From NCBI GenBank assembly GCA_043821645.1, contig JBDRCO010000066.1:1-49569 (forward strand): 49,569 bases of DNA. Direction: 5' to 3'. Position numbers and translations under genes: made by a program. Below, one piece after another: positions 37,224-47,446 of this stretch. Position 1 is the stretch's first letter, and each line of letters begins with the position of its first letter. The DNA is from Pseudomonadota bacterium (GTDB lineage Bacteria > Myxococcota > JACRCW01 > JAFGSX01). The notes under the pieces were generated by a model. That model made no database searches and was not told the origin of the DNA. It saw only the letters and a program-made list of their open reading frames with translations.

Positions 37224-38591
37224 ATGTCGAGGCGTTGCACGATCGCAGGGGCGCTGCTGGTTCTCGCCGCGTCAAGTCGCTGCGACTGCGGCCAGAACGC
37301 GGCGGGTGATCCCTGCGAGGACAGCGCGCAGTGCCCCACCGGTTTCACCTGCCATCCGGACCTTCAGCAGTGCGTGCGCAGCGACGCAGGGGTGGTGGTG
37401 CGCGATGCGGCCAGTGACGCGAACACCCTGGCCGAGAGCGGTCAGCTCGACGCCGCGGCCAGCGATGCACAGGCGGCCGACGACCACCCGGTCGCGCACG
37501 ATGCTGCGGCTGCGGACACCACCCTCGTGCCCACAGACGCCGTGCTGCCGGACCAGGGATCGATCGATGCCGCGGGGGTGGAGCGCGGCCCCGACCTGGA
37601 CGGCGGTACGGGCGAGGCCGGTGTCGGCGAGGCAGGTCCGGTGGACGCGGCGCTCCCCATCGACGTCCCGCTGCCCGACCTGACTCCTCCCGTCGACGCG
37701 GCGCGTCCCTCCATCACGGTCACCGTGACCCCGCGCGACGGCGCCACGTCCGTCGCCGTCGGCACCACGGTGCAGCTGGACTTCTCGCGGCCCATGAGCA
37801 GCCAGAGCGTCGAGGGCGGTGGCTTGTGCCTGGCCGCACTCACGGGCCCCTGCGTGGCCGGAAACTTTGCCTGGCTGAATGCCGCGAGCGTCGTGTTCAC
37901 GCCGCTGGTGGCCCTGGATGCGAGCGCGGTCCACGTCGTCACCGTGCGCAACGCCTGCACCGATCAGGATGGCTATCCCTTCGTAGGCGCAGGAGGCCTG
38001 GACTGCAGCGCACCCGACCAGTGCACCCGCTTCACCACCAGCGACGGCACGCCTCCGACCGTGATGAGCGTGGTGCCAGCACCGGGTGCCACCAACATCG
38101 CGCTGCAGCCCACCGTCACCCTGACCTTCTCGGAGGCCATGGACCAGGCCTCGGTGGTGGCACATGTGCGCGTCGGCAGCGGCGAGGTCAGCGGGTCCTG
38201 GAGCTGGACGAGCGCCGTCGTCTATCGCTTCGTCCCCTCTGTCGCATTCGGCTGCAGCACCTCGGTGCAGGTGAGTGTCGACCAGGGTGCGCGGGACCCG
38301 TCGGGGCTGGCGCTCGTCGACAGCTGCGCCAGCGTGGCGGGCGTGGCCTTTTGCTCGAGCTTCACGACCCGGCCAGCCCACCAGGAGTGCCACGACGTGC
38401 AGACCGGGACCTGCTCGGACGTGCTGACGCTCATGGAGTCCTGCTGCGGCGGCTGTGCCGGAAGCGTGGCGGTCTCCTGCGTCAATGTTGGTACGACCTA
38501 CACAGTCTCATGTGGCTCGAGTTGCACCACGGGATGCCACTACCGGCGCGAGTACGACACGCAGCGGGTCTGCAGCAACGTCTGCTCGTGA
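37224..38591 (+). CDS. Cys-rich exported protein with two Ig-like (Big_5/SbsA-type) domains
   Basis: AAGGA RBS; RCDCG; DA linker; 'TPRDGATSV..LDFSRPM' and 'PAPGATNI..LTFSEAMD'. Confidence 0.85.
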   Translation: MSRRCTIAGALLVLAASSRCDCGQNAAGDPCEDSAQCPTGFTCHPDLQQCVRSDAGVVVRDAASDANTLAESGQLDAAASDAQAADDHPVAHDAAAADTTLVPTDAVLPDQGSIDAAGVERGPDLDGGTGEAGVGEAGPVDAALPIDVPLPDLTPPVDAARPSITVTVTPRDGATSVAVGTTVQLDFSRPMSSQSVEGGGLCLAALTGPCVAGNFAWLNAASVVFTPLVALDASAVHVVTVRNACTDQDGYPFVGAGGLDCSAPDQCTRFTTSDGTPPTVMSVVPAPGATNIALQPTVTLTFSEAMDQASVVAHVRVGSGEVSGSWSWTSAVVYRFVPSVAFGCSTSVQVSVDQGARDPSGLALVDSCASVAGVAFCSSFTTRPAHQECHDVQTGTCSDVLTLMESCCGGCAGSVAVSCVNVGTTYTVSCGSSCTTGCHYRREYDTQRVCSNVCS

Positions 38592-38960
38592 GCGCGGCGG
38601 CAGCTGCGATCATAGACCTCGATGGTCGCGCGCGGCTTGGCTCAGCCGCGGAGCCGCTCGAGCAGCGCGTCCTGCCCCTCCATCCGCCGCAGCTTAGCCC
38701 GCACCCAGGCCCAGGCTTCGTCGAGGGACATGGGCGCAGGCGTTCGCTCCAGCTCCACTGCCAGCCCTGGCGCGGCGGACAGCGCGCGCAACAGAAAGCT
38801 GGCGGCCATCTGCAGCATGGGTTTCATCCTAGCCGGAGGGGCATGTGACGCGAAATGCTGACGGGGGAATGGGGAAGGCTATGCAGCCGGAGGGCAGGTT
38901 CCAAGCACCCGTGAAGGGGTACCGACACCCCGAAGCTCGACCGGGCGCGGGTCGTCTCGC

Positions 38961-40253
38961 TCAGGGCACGAGGTAGATGATCTCGTACGAGGGGTAGTCG
39001 TCGGCGGTCAACGGGGTGCCGTCGGCACCCGCGTCGTACCGGCGCGCCGAGGTGAGCCGGCCCTGAGCGTCGTAGGTGTAGTCGGTGTAACCGCCGAGTT
39101 CGTCGTTGCCGTCGTACCAGGCCTCGCGCGTTCTCAAACCGCTGGCGTCGTAGGTGTAGCGCGTGGGATATCCGCAGTCGTCGTCTGCCGTGAAAGCCTC
39201 ACTGTCGGGCCCAACTTCGCACTCGTCGATGCGCTCGAGGCGGCCGTCCGCCTGGCGGGAGTACTGGCCGTAGAGGGTGATGGCGTCATCGCCGGTGAAC
39301 CACAGCCCGTCGCTGCCTGGACCGTACCAGATTTGGTGGGTCAGTCGACCGGCCGCGTCGTACTCGTACTCCATGAACCGGACGCTGACATCGTCACCGG
39401 TGAAGCACTCGCCATCGGGGCCAGCGTCGGACACCTGGATGTCTTGATGCAGCTGTCCGTTCTCGTCGTAGTTGCGCTGCCTGCGGAAGCCGTAGCTCTC
39501 GTCCCCGGTGAAGGGCTGGTTGTCGGGGCCAAGGCTGGAGTAGCTGTCGTACTGGATGTCGTTGCCCTGATCGTCGAAGACGCGCAGCTGGTGGTAGTTG
39601 ATCACGTCGTCCGCGGTGCCCCACTCGGCGTCGGTGCCCGCACTGTTGTAGCTGGTGCTGTGGGTCCAGTAGCCGTGCTCGAGCTCGGTGTAGACCATGC
39701 GGTAGCCTTGCACGTCGTCCGCGGTCTGCCACTCGCCGTCGCTGCCCGCGCCGGTGTAGCCCAGGGAGCCGGTGGCGTTGCCGTCCGCGTCGTACGAATA
39801 GACGTAGTGCGCGCTGATGGTGTCGGCGGCCGATCGGTTCACCGTGTGGTCGCTGGGGTTGGCCCAGGTCCGGAAGCGTACCGTGGTCGCAGGCAGGTCG
39901 CCGGCCTCGGTCGAGACGCCCGAGATCGAGAAGCGATAGCTCAGGCCCGCGGTGAGCGGAACCGTGGGCTTGAAGACGACCTGCTTGCCGGACACCGAGA
40001 GGGTACCGGCGACGACCGTGCCCTCGCTCGGCAGCTCGGCGAAGCCGTGGTCCCACACCAGGCTGGCGGTCGCGTCACCGATCGAGCCGGTGGGAGCGTG
40101 GTTGAGCGTGACCGCGATCGCGGTCAGCACGCTGACGCCCCTGGCACCATCGGCGGGCTGCACCGCCACGGTCAGTGTCTGATCGTCAGGCGTACCACCA
40201 CAGTCGCAGGCACCCAGAGGGAGAAGGAAAAGGGCAATCAGCAGCTGGCGCAT
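38961..40253 (-). CDS. Lipoprotein with an Ig-like domain and YD-like repeats carrying GxDGxxxTxDD loops
   Basis: GGAGG RBS; LGACDCGG; 'PADGARGV'; YxYDxxGxLT repeats. Confidence 0.85.
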   Translation of the reverse strand: MRQLLIALFLLPLGACDCGGTPDDQTLTVAVQPADGARGVSVLTAIAVTLNHAPTGSIGDATASLVWDHGFAELPSEGTVVAGTLSVSGKQVVFKPTVPLTAGLSYRFSISGVSTEAGDLPATTVRFRTWANPSDHTVNRSAADTISAHYVYSYDADGNATGSLGYTGAGSDGEWQTADDVQGYRMVYTELEHGYWTHSTSYNSAGTDAEWGTADDVINYHQLRVFDDQGNDIQYDSYSSLGPDNQPFTGDESYGFRRQRNYDENGQLHQDIQVSDAGPDGECFTGDDVSVRFMEYEYDAAGRLTHQIWYGPGSDGLWFTGDDAITLYGQYSRQADGRLERIDECEVGPDSEAFTADDDCGYPTRYTYDASGLRTREAWYDGNDELGGYTDYTYDAQGRLTSARRYDAGADGTPLTADDYPSYEIIYLVP

Positions 40254-40356
40254 GTTCAGACCTCCAAAGGGGTCGGTACTGTAGCGAAACGAATATCTCC
40301 CGCAAGCACCGACAGGCGGGCTTTGCTGGCATCGCCAACGGTGGAATCATCTCCGC

Positions 40357-40911
40357 ATGAAGAGCGTCATCATCATCGTCTCCATCCTCCTGCTCATCGG
40401 CGGGTTCGTCGGCGTCATGGCCCTGCTCGGGCCCGAGGACAGCGACGCCATCTGGACCGAGTCCTCGGTGCGGGGGACGCTGGTCGCCAGGGGTCAAGCT
40501 CTCGGCGACTTCACCTTGCAGCCGACCTTCTGCCGCACCGGCAGCGGCGGCACCTCGGGCTTTGGCGGAGCCACCCTGTACGTCAACAGCCCCGGCGTGG
40601 GCATGGACCTGAACCAGGGGGCGATCGAGGTTCGCTACCTCGACGACGAACACCATCGTGTCACCGTCACCATTCCCGGCAGCTGCACGCTGAACAGCTC
40701 GCCCCGGGCCTACCATCGTTCATCGAACTGCCGATCCGTCGTCATCGACGAACGGGACTGCCAGCGCCACGACGTCAAGGTCCACAACACGGGCCGTCGC
40801 GTCTCCAAGAACCGCGCGAGCTACGCATATGCCGGACACGCCGCGTTGTCCTGTCGGTTGGCCGGCAGTGGGACCGTCCAGGCCGACCTGGTGTTTGACA
40901 ACTGTGACTAG
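40357..40911 (+). CDS. Hypothetical N-terminally anchored protein
   Basis: N-terminal TM helix; 6 Cys in a beta-rich domain. Confidence 0.75.
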   Translation: MKSVIIIVSILLLIGGFVGVMALLGPEDSDAIWTESSVRGTLVARGQALGDFTLQPTFCRTGSGGTSGFGGATLYVNSPGVGMDLNQGAIEVRYLDDEHHRVTVTIPGSCTLNSSPRAYHRSSNCRSVVIDERDCQRHDVKVHNTGRRVSKNRASYAYAGHAALSCRLAGSGTVQADLVFDNCD

Positions 40912-41023
40912 CACAGCGCTAGCGAAAGTGCTGGGGCAGCAAGGCGGGAGATAAAGCCTTGTTCCTGTAATCGGGTGGCGCGACTTTTGGGGGCGCACCC
41001 TTTCGCGGGCAACTTCTCGCGGG

Positions 41024-42055
41024 TCAAGCTGTCAATCGAACCAAACGCTTGCCCAGGTTCTCCCCGGCAAACAGGCCGAGGAAGGCCTTGGGTAGGTTCT
41101 CAAAGCCACCCACCACGTCCTCGCGGTACCTGAGCTGTCCGGCTTTGATCCATTCGACCAGCTGCGCAATCGCGCCGGGGTACTCGTCGGGCCATTCGCC
41201 GACCAGGAAGAATCGGCTGGCGGGCTTGTTGGGTGCAGCGTCCAGCACCGCCTGCGGGTAGACCGGCGTGCTCGAATTGTACTGCGAGATGAAGCCGCAG
41301 ATGGGTACACGTGCGCCGGGTCTGAGCAGTCCCGCCACCGCCTCGACCAGCGCGCCACCCACGTTTTCGAAATACACGTCGATGCCGTCGGGACAGGACA
41401 GCACAAGGGCTGCGCGCAGATCCGTCTCGGCCTTGTAGTCGATGCAATCGTCAAAGCCGAGCTCGTCGATCACGAAGCGGCACTTGCGCTCGCCGCCCGC
41501 GACGCCGACCACCCGGGCGCCGCGCATTTTTGCGATCTGTCCCGCGATCGAGCCCACCGCGCCGGCTGCTGCAGAAATGACAACAGTCTCTCCCCTGGAG
41601 GGTTCGCCCAGCTTGTTGATGCCAAAAAAAGCCGTGGCACCCGGCATGCCGCACGCCCCCAGTGCCGTCGACACCGGCGGCGCCCCGGGACCGTGGGCCA
41701 CCCTGGTCACGGCGAAGGGGCCGGCTCCCGAGGTGTCGAGCACCGAGTATTCCTGCCAGCCACCATAGCCAACCACGACGTCACCCGCGGCCACGGCTGG
41801 CGCGCGCGACTCGACCACCTCGCCCACGGTGCCGCCGACCATGGTGGCGCCGATGGCGACCGGTGGGGCGTACGAGGGAGCCTCGCTCATGCGCCCGCGC
41901 ATGTAGGGGTCGACGGACCAGTACATGTTCTTGACCAGCACCTGGCCCGGGCCAGGTTTACCCAGCTCGTTTTCTTCGAGGCGGAAGTCGTCCGCCGTGG
42001 GCAGGCCCCGTGGGCGGGAGGCCAGGATGAAGCGACGATTGCGAGGAGAGGACAT
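41024..42055 (-). CDS. NADP-dependent oxidoreductase (MDR, PTGR/CurA-like)
   Basis: 'LASRPRG', 'SVDPYMRGRM', 'GMPGATA', 'AAAGAVGS', 'GIDVYFENVGG' and 'GENLGK'. Confidence 0.95.
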   Translation of the reverse strand: MSSPRNRRFILASRPRGLPTADDFRLEENELGKPGPGQVLVKNMYWSVDPYMRGRMSEAPSYAPPVAIGATMVGGTVGEVVESRAPAVAAGDVVVGYGGWQEYSVLDTSGAGPFAVTRVAHGPGAPPVSTALGACGMPGATAFFGINKLGEPSRGETVVISAAAGAVGSIAGQIAKMRGARVVGVAGGERKCRFVIDELGFDDCIDYKAETDLRAALVLSCPDGIDVYFENVGGALVEAVAGLLRPGARVPICGFISQYNSSTPVYPQAVLDAAPNKPASRFFLVGEWPDEYPGAIAQLVEWIKAGQLRYREDVVGGFENLPKAFLGLFAGENLGKRLVRLTA

Positions 42056-42151
42056 GGCGTGCTCCTGAGTGGCGTAGGGCTGGTGAGGACATATACCGCC
42101 GGGGAGCAGGGAGCGCTGGACAGGCATCTGGCTAGAGCCTTCCCGAGAGAG

Positions 42152-42168
42152 GTGTCGGCTCTGTCCCC
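42152..42168 (+). repeat. REP-like dispersed motif
   Basis: GTGTCGGCTCTGTCCCC followed by GTCAC, as in the 34247 copy. Confidence 0.8.
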
Positions 42169-42210
42169 GTCACTCCCTCGAGGTCGCTGCGCTGGCTATC
42201 GCGGGTCGCG

Positions 42211-42519
42211 TCACCTGCGGCGAAACACGACCTTGGCCGGTGAGCTGGCACCGTGCAGCTCCTTGCCATCAGCGGTCACCCGCCACTCGGCGTGCCAGGC
42301 GGCGCCGTCGGTGACCTGCAGCGTGGTGCCCTCTTTCGTTTCTGCTGCGACCTTGTACGTGTAGCGGTCACCCATCGCGTTCACGATCTCCCCCTTGGGG
42401 CGGATGGTCACCCATGCGCTCCCAGACGGATCGACAAAGGTGCCGAGGTAGGACGGTCCGCAGGCTGCAAGTATGAGGACCAGTCCGACGAGAAACGAGA
42501 TCCGCAGCACGTGTCGCAT
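42211..42519 (-). CDS. Small lipoprotein, 102 aa
   Basis: GAGGAGG RBS; lipobox LAAC. Confidence 0.8.
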   Translation of the reverse strand: MRHVLRISFLVGLVLILAACGPSYLGTFVDPSGSAWVTIRPKGEIVNAMGDRYTYKVAAETKEGTTLQVTDGAAWHAEWRVTADGKELHGASSPAKVVFRRR

Positions 42520-42950
42520 TTTTCCTCCTCGGATCGTGTCTTGCCAAAGCGTGTTGATTCTACGTGGCCGTGGTACCCGGCGAAACATGTCCCGGGTCCG
42601 CTCCGCAGCAGGGTTCATGGTGCTCGGTCCACCAGCGCAGTGCGCGAAAGATCACCTCCGGCTTTGCCCCCGCCGTGTGCGACGCGGCTGGGACGATCTG
42701 ATCGAGGCGCATTACAACGACGAGGGACGGCACGCCATGGAGCGCGTGCGCGAGGTGATGGAGCCGCTGGGCGCCAGGTTCGCCTTCATCGAGGACAACA
42801 AGCCCTTTGGCGCGCCGGTGTGCCTGATCGCGCGCGGTCCCGAGGGCGAGCTGTTTGGTTTTCGCGCCACCGTGGTCGGGGCTGGGCAGCGGATGCTGAA
42901 GCGAATGGGATCCGGCGCCGGCGACTGGCGGCGGCCGGGACACCCCTCGC

Positions 42951-43361
42951 TCAGCGACGGGGTCCCATCAGCAGCAAGGGTGTGCTGATCCTGTGCTTGA
43001 GAGTCCGCGAGACACTCCCGAACAGCAGATCCCCCAAAAAGGAGTGACCATGGGTGGCCATGGCAACGAGGTCATACTCGCCGTCCTCGATCTCCTTGAC
43101 GATCTCCCCGTCCGGTTCACCACTCCGGATCACGATGCGCGTGGCGATGCCCTTGGCCTGTAGCACGGACCTGTGGGCGCTCAGCGTCTGCTCGGCCTGC
43201 TCCCGCAGCACGCGATCCTGATCCAGCGTGTGCGAGTGGACCACGTGCAGCAGGGTGACCTGGGCCTCATTCTGGATCGCCAGGGCCTGCACGTGCTCGA
43301 CGATGACATCGTCCACAGTTGAGCAGTCGATGGCGACCAGGATGCTCCGGTACACCTGCAT
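42951..43361 (-). CDS. Universal stress protein (UspA family)
   Basis: 'YRSILVAID', 'LLHVV', 'DLVAMATHGH' and 'LFGSVS'; 1 bp after the Nramp gene. Confidence 0.95.
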   Translation of the reverse strand: MQVYRSILVAIDCSTVDDVIVEHVQALAIQNEAQVTLLHVVHSHTLDQDRVLREQAEQTLSAHRSVLQAKGIATRIVIRSGEPDGEIVKEIEDGEYDLVAMATHGHSFLGDLLFGSVSRTLKHRISTPLLLMGPRR

Positions 43362-43362
43362 G

Positions 43363-44613
43363 TCAGCCCTCCCCCAGGATAGTCGAGTACAGCAAATACA
43401 TGTTCAGCACGATGACGACGGCGGAGATGGCGACCGCGGCGGTCAGTTCGCCCGGACCGCTACGGAACTCGCCCATGACCTTGCGATCCCGGCACAGGAT
43501 GAGCAACGGGATGAGCGTGAAGGGGAGCTGTATGCTCAGCACCACCTGGCTGAAGATGAGGATGCGGTAGGTATCCATGGCAAGCAGCACGATCAGCACC
43601 GACGGGATCGCCGTCACGAACACCGATATCCGGTAGAGCAGCGACCGCGGGTCTTCTGGTTTTCCCAGAAAGCCGGTGATCACGTTGACCTCGGCCATGG
43701 ACGAGGTCACCGAGGAACCGACCCCCGCAAACACCAGCGCCACCGCGAACAGGAAGCCGGCAAAGGCACCGGCGAGGGGCTTCAGGGTCTCTGACGCCTG
43801 TTCGATGCTATCGACCGTGACCTGGTGGCGAGCAAACACGGCGGCCGCCACGATGATCATCGCCGAGTTGACGAGCCAGCCCATGAGCATGGCCACCGAG
43901 GTATCAATCTTCTCGAAGCGCAGCAGGGCCTTGCGTTCACTCGTCGACGTGCCCCACTTTCGGCTGTGAATGACGTTGGAGTGCAGGAAGATGTTGTGCG
44001 GCATCACCACGGCCCCGAGGATGGCCATGGCGACGTAGATGCTGGTCCTGTCGATGGTGGGGACAACCACCGCCGGCGCCACCTGCGCCCAATCGGGTTG
44101 GACGAGCACGATCTCGATCAGGTAGCACAGGCCGATGATGGCCAGAAAGCCCATGATGATGGTCTCGATGCGGTGGTAGCGCTGGCTGACCAGCAAGAAC
44201 ACCTCGATACCAATGGTGAGCAGGGCGCCTGCCCACAGAGGGAGCCCGAACAGGAGCTTGAAGCCGATCGCACCTCCAACCAGCTCGGCCACGTCGGTCG
44301 CGACGCAGGCTAGGACGATCGTCACTCCAAGAAAGTTCGACACCGGTCGCGAGAAGTGCTCCCGGATGTTGACGGCGAGCGACTTGCCTGTGGCGATGCC
44401 AAGCCTGGCCGCCATGTTCTGGATCACGATCAGCATGATGGTGCTCAGCGTGATCACCCACAGCAGGTCGTAGCCAAAGCGGGAGCCGCCCTCGATGTTG
44501 GTGGCCCAGTTGCCCGGGTCGATGAACCCGACGGTGACGATGAAGCCGGGTCCCAGAAAACGGAACAGGGTCTTCAGCGGAAGACTGGCCTTGGCGGTCT
44601 GCTCTTGTGTCAT
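43363..44613 (-). CDS. mntH: Nramp-family divalent metal (Mn/Fe) transporter
   Basis: 'GFIDPGNWATN' and 'GAVVMPHNIFLHS' metal-binding motifs; about 11 TM segments. Confidence 0.95.
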   Translation of the reverse strand: MTQEQTAKASLPLKTLFRFLGPGFIVTVGFIDPGNWATNIEGGSRFGYDLLWVITLSTIMLIVIQNMAARLGIATGKSLAVNIREHFSRPVSNFLGVTIVLACVATDVAELVGGAIGFKLLFGLPLWAGALLTIGIEVFLLVSQRYHRIETIIMGFLAIIGLCYLIEIVLVQPDWAQVAPAVVVPTIDRTSIYVAMAILGAVVMPHNIFLHSNVIHSRKWGTSTSERKALLRFEKIDTSVAMLMGWLVNSAMIIVAAAVFARHQVTVDSIEQASETLKPLAGAFAGFLFAVALVFAGVGSSVTSSMAEVNVITGFLGKPEDPRSLLYRISVFVTAIPSVLIVLLAMDTYRILIFSQVVLSIQLPFTLIPLLILCRDRKVMGEFRSGPGELTAAVAISAVVIVLNMYLLYSTILGEG

Positions 44614-44770
44614 CTCGACAACCTGATCCCGAACAGTGAAACCGACCTGTAACGGTGACCCTGTGCTGTGGCAAGTTCATCACAGGGCTGACACCGTGGC
44701 GAGTTGGAGCTCACCGATATGACAAGAAGATGGCGCGTTCGGCCAGCATAAGACTGGACAGCAAGGGCAA

Positions 44771-44784
44771 GGGACAGAGCCGAC
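44771..44784 (-). repeat. REP-like dispersed motif (reverse orientation)
   Basis: GGGACAGAGCCGAC. Confidence 0.7.
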
Positions 44785-45064
44785 GAGAAGGTCAGGGTGT
44801 GGGAAAAGCGGCCAGTGTTTCTTTCCCGGCGGATGATCGTGCACGGCCTGCCCAGGAGCACCGAGTTCCAGGGTGGTGGGCAGCCAGACCGACACTCGTC
44901 AATCGTCGATGCAGCGAACGGACACAGCTCCAACAGCGACCGCCTAGCGTTATTACCATGCTCGAAGGGCAAGGATTGCTATCCGCCTTTCCCAATCCCA
45001 CGGATGGTTCTTTGGGGCCTTCAGGCGGATTGTGAATGTCAACTGTCCTTCTCCGGAGCATGCC

Positions 45065-45553
45065 ATGGCCGCAAAGATGGAACAGAGGATCTCAGCAAGT
45101 CGCGAAGAGCTCGTCGAGACCATCTTGCGCGCCCTGCAATCGTCGAGCGCTCGGCACTACCGCGGAACGGAGCTTCCGGTGCTGGCCGAGCGCGTTGAGC
45201 GGCTGGTTGATACCTTCATCGAATCGCTGCACAAGGATCCGGCGCGGTTTGTGACCTACGTTCGGGCGCTGGCCGGGGAGCGACTCGCCGAGGGGTTCCC
45301 ACTCAGGGAGGTGCAACTCGCCCTGAACCTCCTGGGGGAGGCTGCCTGGAAGGTGGGGGCCGCGGGGACGGAACTCAAGCAGGTGGTCAGCGACCTTGGC
45401 GCTACAACCGGCATTATCGGCTGTGCCAAGGACCAGCTCGCCCTGATCTACCTCGAGCAGAAAGAGGAGGCTCAGGCCTCCGTGGTGCGCCTCCAGGGCA
45501 AGCTCAGGGAGCTCTTCGGCGGCACGGACGCTCACGAGTTGCCGGACGACTGA
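45065..45553 (+). CDS. Helical protein, RsbRD N-terminal (non-heme globin)-like
   Basis: GGAG RBS; 'LAGERLAEGFPLREVQLAL' resembles the RsbRD_N 'R...GF.l.ev' motif. Confidence 0.65.
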   Translation: MAAKMEQRISASREELVETILRALQSSSARHYRGTELPVLAERVERLVDTFIESLHKDPARFVTYVRALAGERLAEGFPLREVQLALNLLGEAAWKVGAAGTELKQVVSDLGATTGIIGCAKDQLALIYLEQKEEAQASVVRLQGKLRELFGGTDAHELPDD

Positions 45554-45591
45554 AACCGTGGGGGTTTGCACAACGCAAGGTGGATGGTGCG

Positions 45592-47313
45592 ATGAACTCA
45601 TTTGGCCACAAGATCGATGCGCTCACCGGCGAGGAGTACTACGAGGTGTACCTGCGCGGGCAGGCCATCCTGGAGCACCCCCTGCTTAACAAAGGGGCCG
45701 CCTTTTCCCTGGAGGAGCGGGTGTCCCTCGGACTGCGTGGTCTGCTCCGTTCGACGATCAACACCATGGAGAACCAGGTCGCGCGCTCGATGGAGAACTA
45801 CCGGCAGAAAACCACCAGCCTGGAGCGCTACATCTACCTCCAGTCGCTTCAGGACCGTAACGAGACGCTCTTCTACCGGCTGCTCTGCGACAACCTCCTG
45901 GAGATGATCCCCATCGTCTACACCCCGGTGGTCGGCGAGGCGTGTATCGCCATGAGCCACATCATGCGGCGCTATCGGGGGGTCTACATCGACCCCGACA
46001 ACATCCAGAACGTGGACGAGATCTTCGACAGTCTCGGACGGCGTGACCTCTCCCTCATCGTGGTGACCGACGGGGAGCGCATCCTGGGGCTAGGCGACCT
46101 CGGCTCGGACGGCATGGGAATCCCTGTGGGGAAGGTCAACCTCTACGTGGCGGCCGGGGGGATGCATCCCGCCTGCTGCTTGCCGGTCTGCCTCGACGTG
46201 GGGACCAACAACCAGCGCCTGCTCGCGGATCCCATGTATCTGGGCTACCGCAAGCCGCGCATCCGCGGGGCGGAGTACGACGCCCTCGTCGAACGCTTCG
46301 TCCTGGGGGTCCGTCGCTGCTTCCCCAGCGCACTGCTGCAGTGGGAGGATTTCAGCAAGCACACGGCGTTCAAGCTTCTCGAGCGATATCGGGAGCGGAT
46401 CCCTTCCTTCGACGACGACATCCAGGGCACCGGCGCCGCGACCCTCGCTGCGCTGATGACCGCCATGCGGATTCGCGACAGCAGCTTCTCTCGCGAACGC
46501 TTCGTCGTCGTGGGCATGGGGCAGGCGGGTGTGGGCATCGCGCGAAACATCCAGGCCGCCCTTGCACAGGAGGGCTTGAGTGCGAATGAGATCCGGCAGT
46601 GCATCTGGGCAGTGGACGCGCCGGGGCTGTTGTTCGAGGACACTCCCGGCCTCGATGAACCCCAGCTCCCCTTCGTCCAGCCCCGTGCGGCGGTGGCAGA
46701 ATGGCGACTCTCGAGACCCGACAGCGTCGGTCTCCTCGACGTCATCAGGGGAGCGCGAGCGACGGTCCTCATCGGCGTCACGGGTCAGGCCGGGCTCTTC
46801 GACGCCACCATCTGCCAGGAGCTCGCCCGGAACTGCGAGCGGCCGGTGATCATGGCGCTGTCCAACCCCACGGCGAACGCCGAGTGCACGCCCGAGGAGG
46901 TCTTGCGGGCCACCGGCGGTCGTGCCCTGATGGCCGCGGGCAGCCCCTTCGAGCCGATCACCGTCGGCGGCATGACGCTCCGCCCCTCACAGTGCAACAA
47001 CATCTACATCTTCCCCGGCGTCGGGCTCGGCGTCCTGGTGAGCAAGGCACTGCGGGTTACAGATCGCATGTTCCTCGCAGCCAGCCGCGCCCTGAGCACC
47101 ATGGTGGACAGCGAGCAGATCCGCCACGGTGCCCTGCTGCCCCCCATGAGCGATATCCGCAGGGCGTCCTTCGAGGTCGCCAAGGCTGTGGCCATCGAGG
47201 CCCGCGACACAGGGTTGGGCCGCCTGCTCGAGGACGCGGAAATCGAAGCGTTGATTGCCAGAGCCCAGTGGGATCCGCATTACTACGCCTACCGGCCTGG
47301 CAAGGCCTCGTAG
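45592..47313 (+). CDS. maeA: NAD-dependent malic enzyme
   Basis: 'PLLNKG', 'LQDRNETLFY', 'PIVYTP', 'VVTDGERILGLGDLG', 'QWEDF', 'DDIQGTG', 'LSNPT' and 'QCNN.YIFPG'. Confidence 0.97.
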   Translation: MNSFGHKIDALTGEEYYEVYLRGQAILEHPLLNKGAAFSLEERVSLGLRGLLRSTINTMENQVARSMENYRQKTTSLERYIYLQSLQDRNETLFYRLLCDNLLEMIPIVYTPVVGEACIAMSHIMRRYRGVYIDPDNIQNVDEIFDSLGRRDLSLIVVTDGERILGLGDLGSDGMGIPVGKVNLYVAAGGMHPACCLPVCLDVGTNNQRLLADPMYLGYRKPRIRGAEYDALVERFVLGVRRCFPSALLQWEDFSKHTAFKLLERYRERIPSFDDDIQGTGAATLAALMTAMRIRDSSFSRERFVVVGMGQAGVGIARNIQAALAQEGLSANEIRQCIWAVDAPGLLFEDTPGLDEPQLPFVQPRAAVAEWRLSRPDSVGLLDVIRGARATVLIGVTGQAGLFDATICQELARNCERPVIMALSNPTANAECTPEEVLRATGGRALMAAGSPFEPITVGGMTLRPSQCNNIYIFPGVGLGVLVSKALRVTDRMFLAASRALSTMVDSEQIRHGALLPPMSDIRRASFEVAKAVAIEARDTGLGRLLEDAEIEALIARAQWDPHYYAYRPGKAS

Positions 47314-47432
47314 ATCTCTCCACCCCGGCCGGCCTGTGACTGCGGTGCTTCGTGCTTGTGCAAGTGCCTGCGCCGACTGGCGCGGTGTCCCAGTCCCGCC
47401 CAAGTAAACCCAATTACATCCCACAGTGGGGT

Positions 47433-47446
47433 GGACAGAGCCGACA
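47433..47446 (-). repeat. REP-like dispersed motif (reverse orientation)
   Basis: GGACAGAGCCGACA. Confidence 0.7.

Noticed and set aside
38642-38827. 61-aa ORF as a gene
   Set aside because: No recognisable motif or convincing RBS; may be a gene remnant but cannot be supported.
42617-42988. Coding-like stretch WDDLIEAHYNDEGRHAMERV..
   Set aside because: Probably a fragment; no clear start or family, and it overlaps the USP gene end.
44965-44980. Sigma54 promoter upstream of the 45065 gene
   Set aside because: The GG to GC spacing is off by one, which sigma54 does not tolerate.
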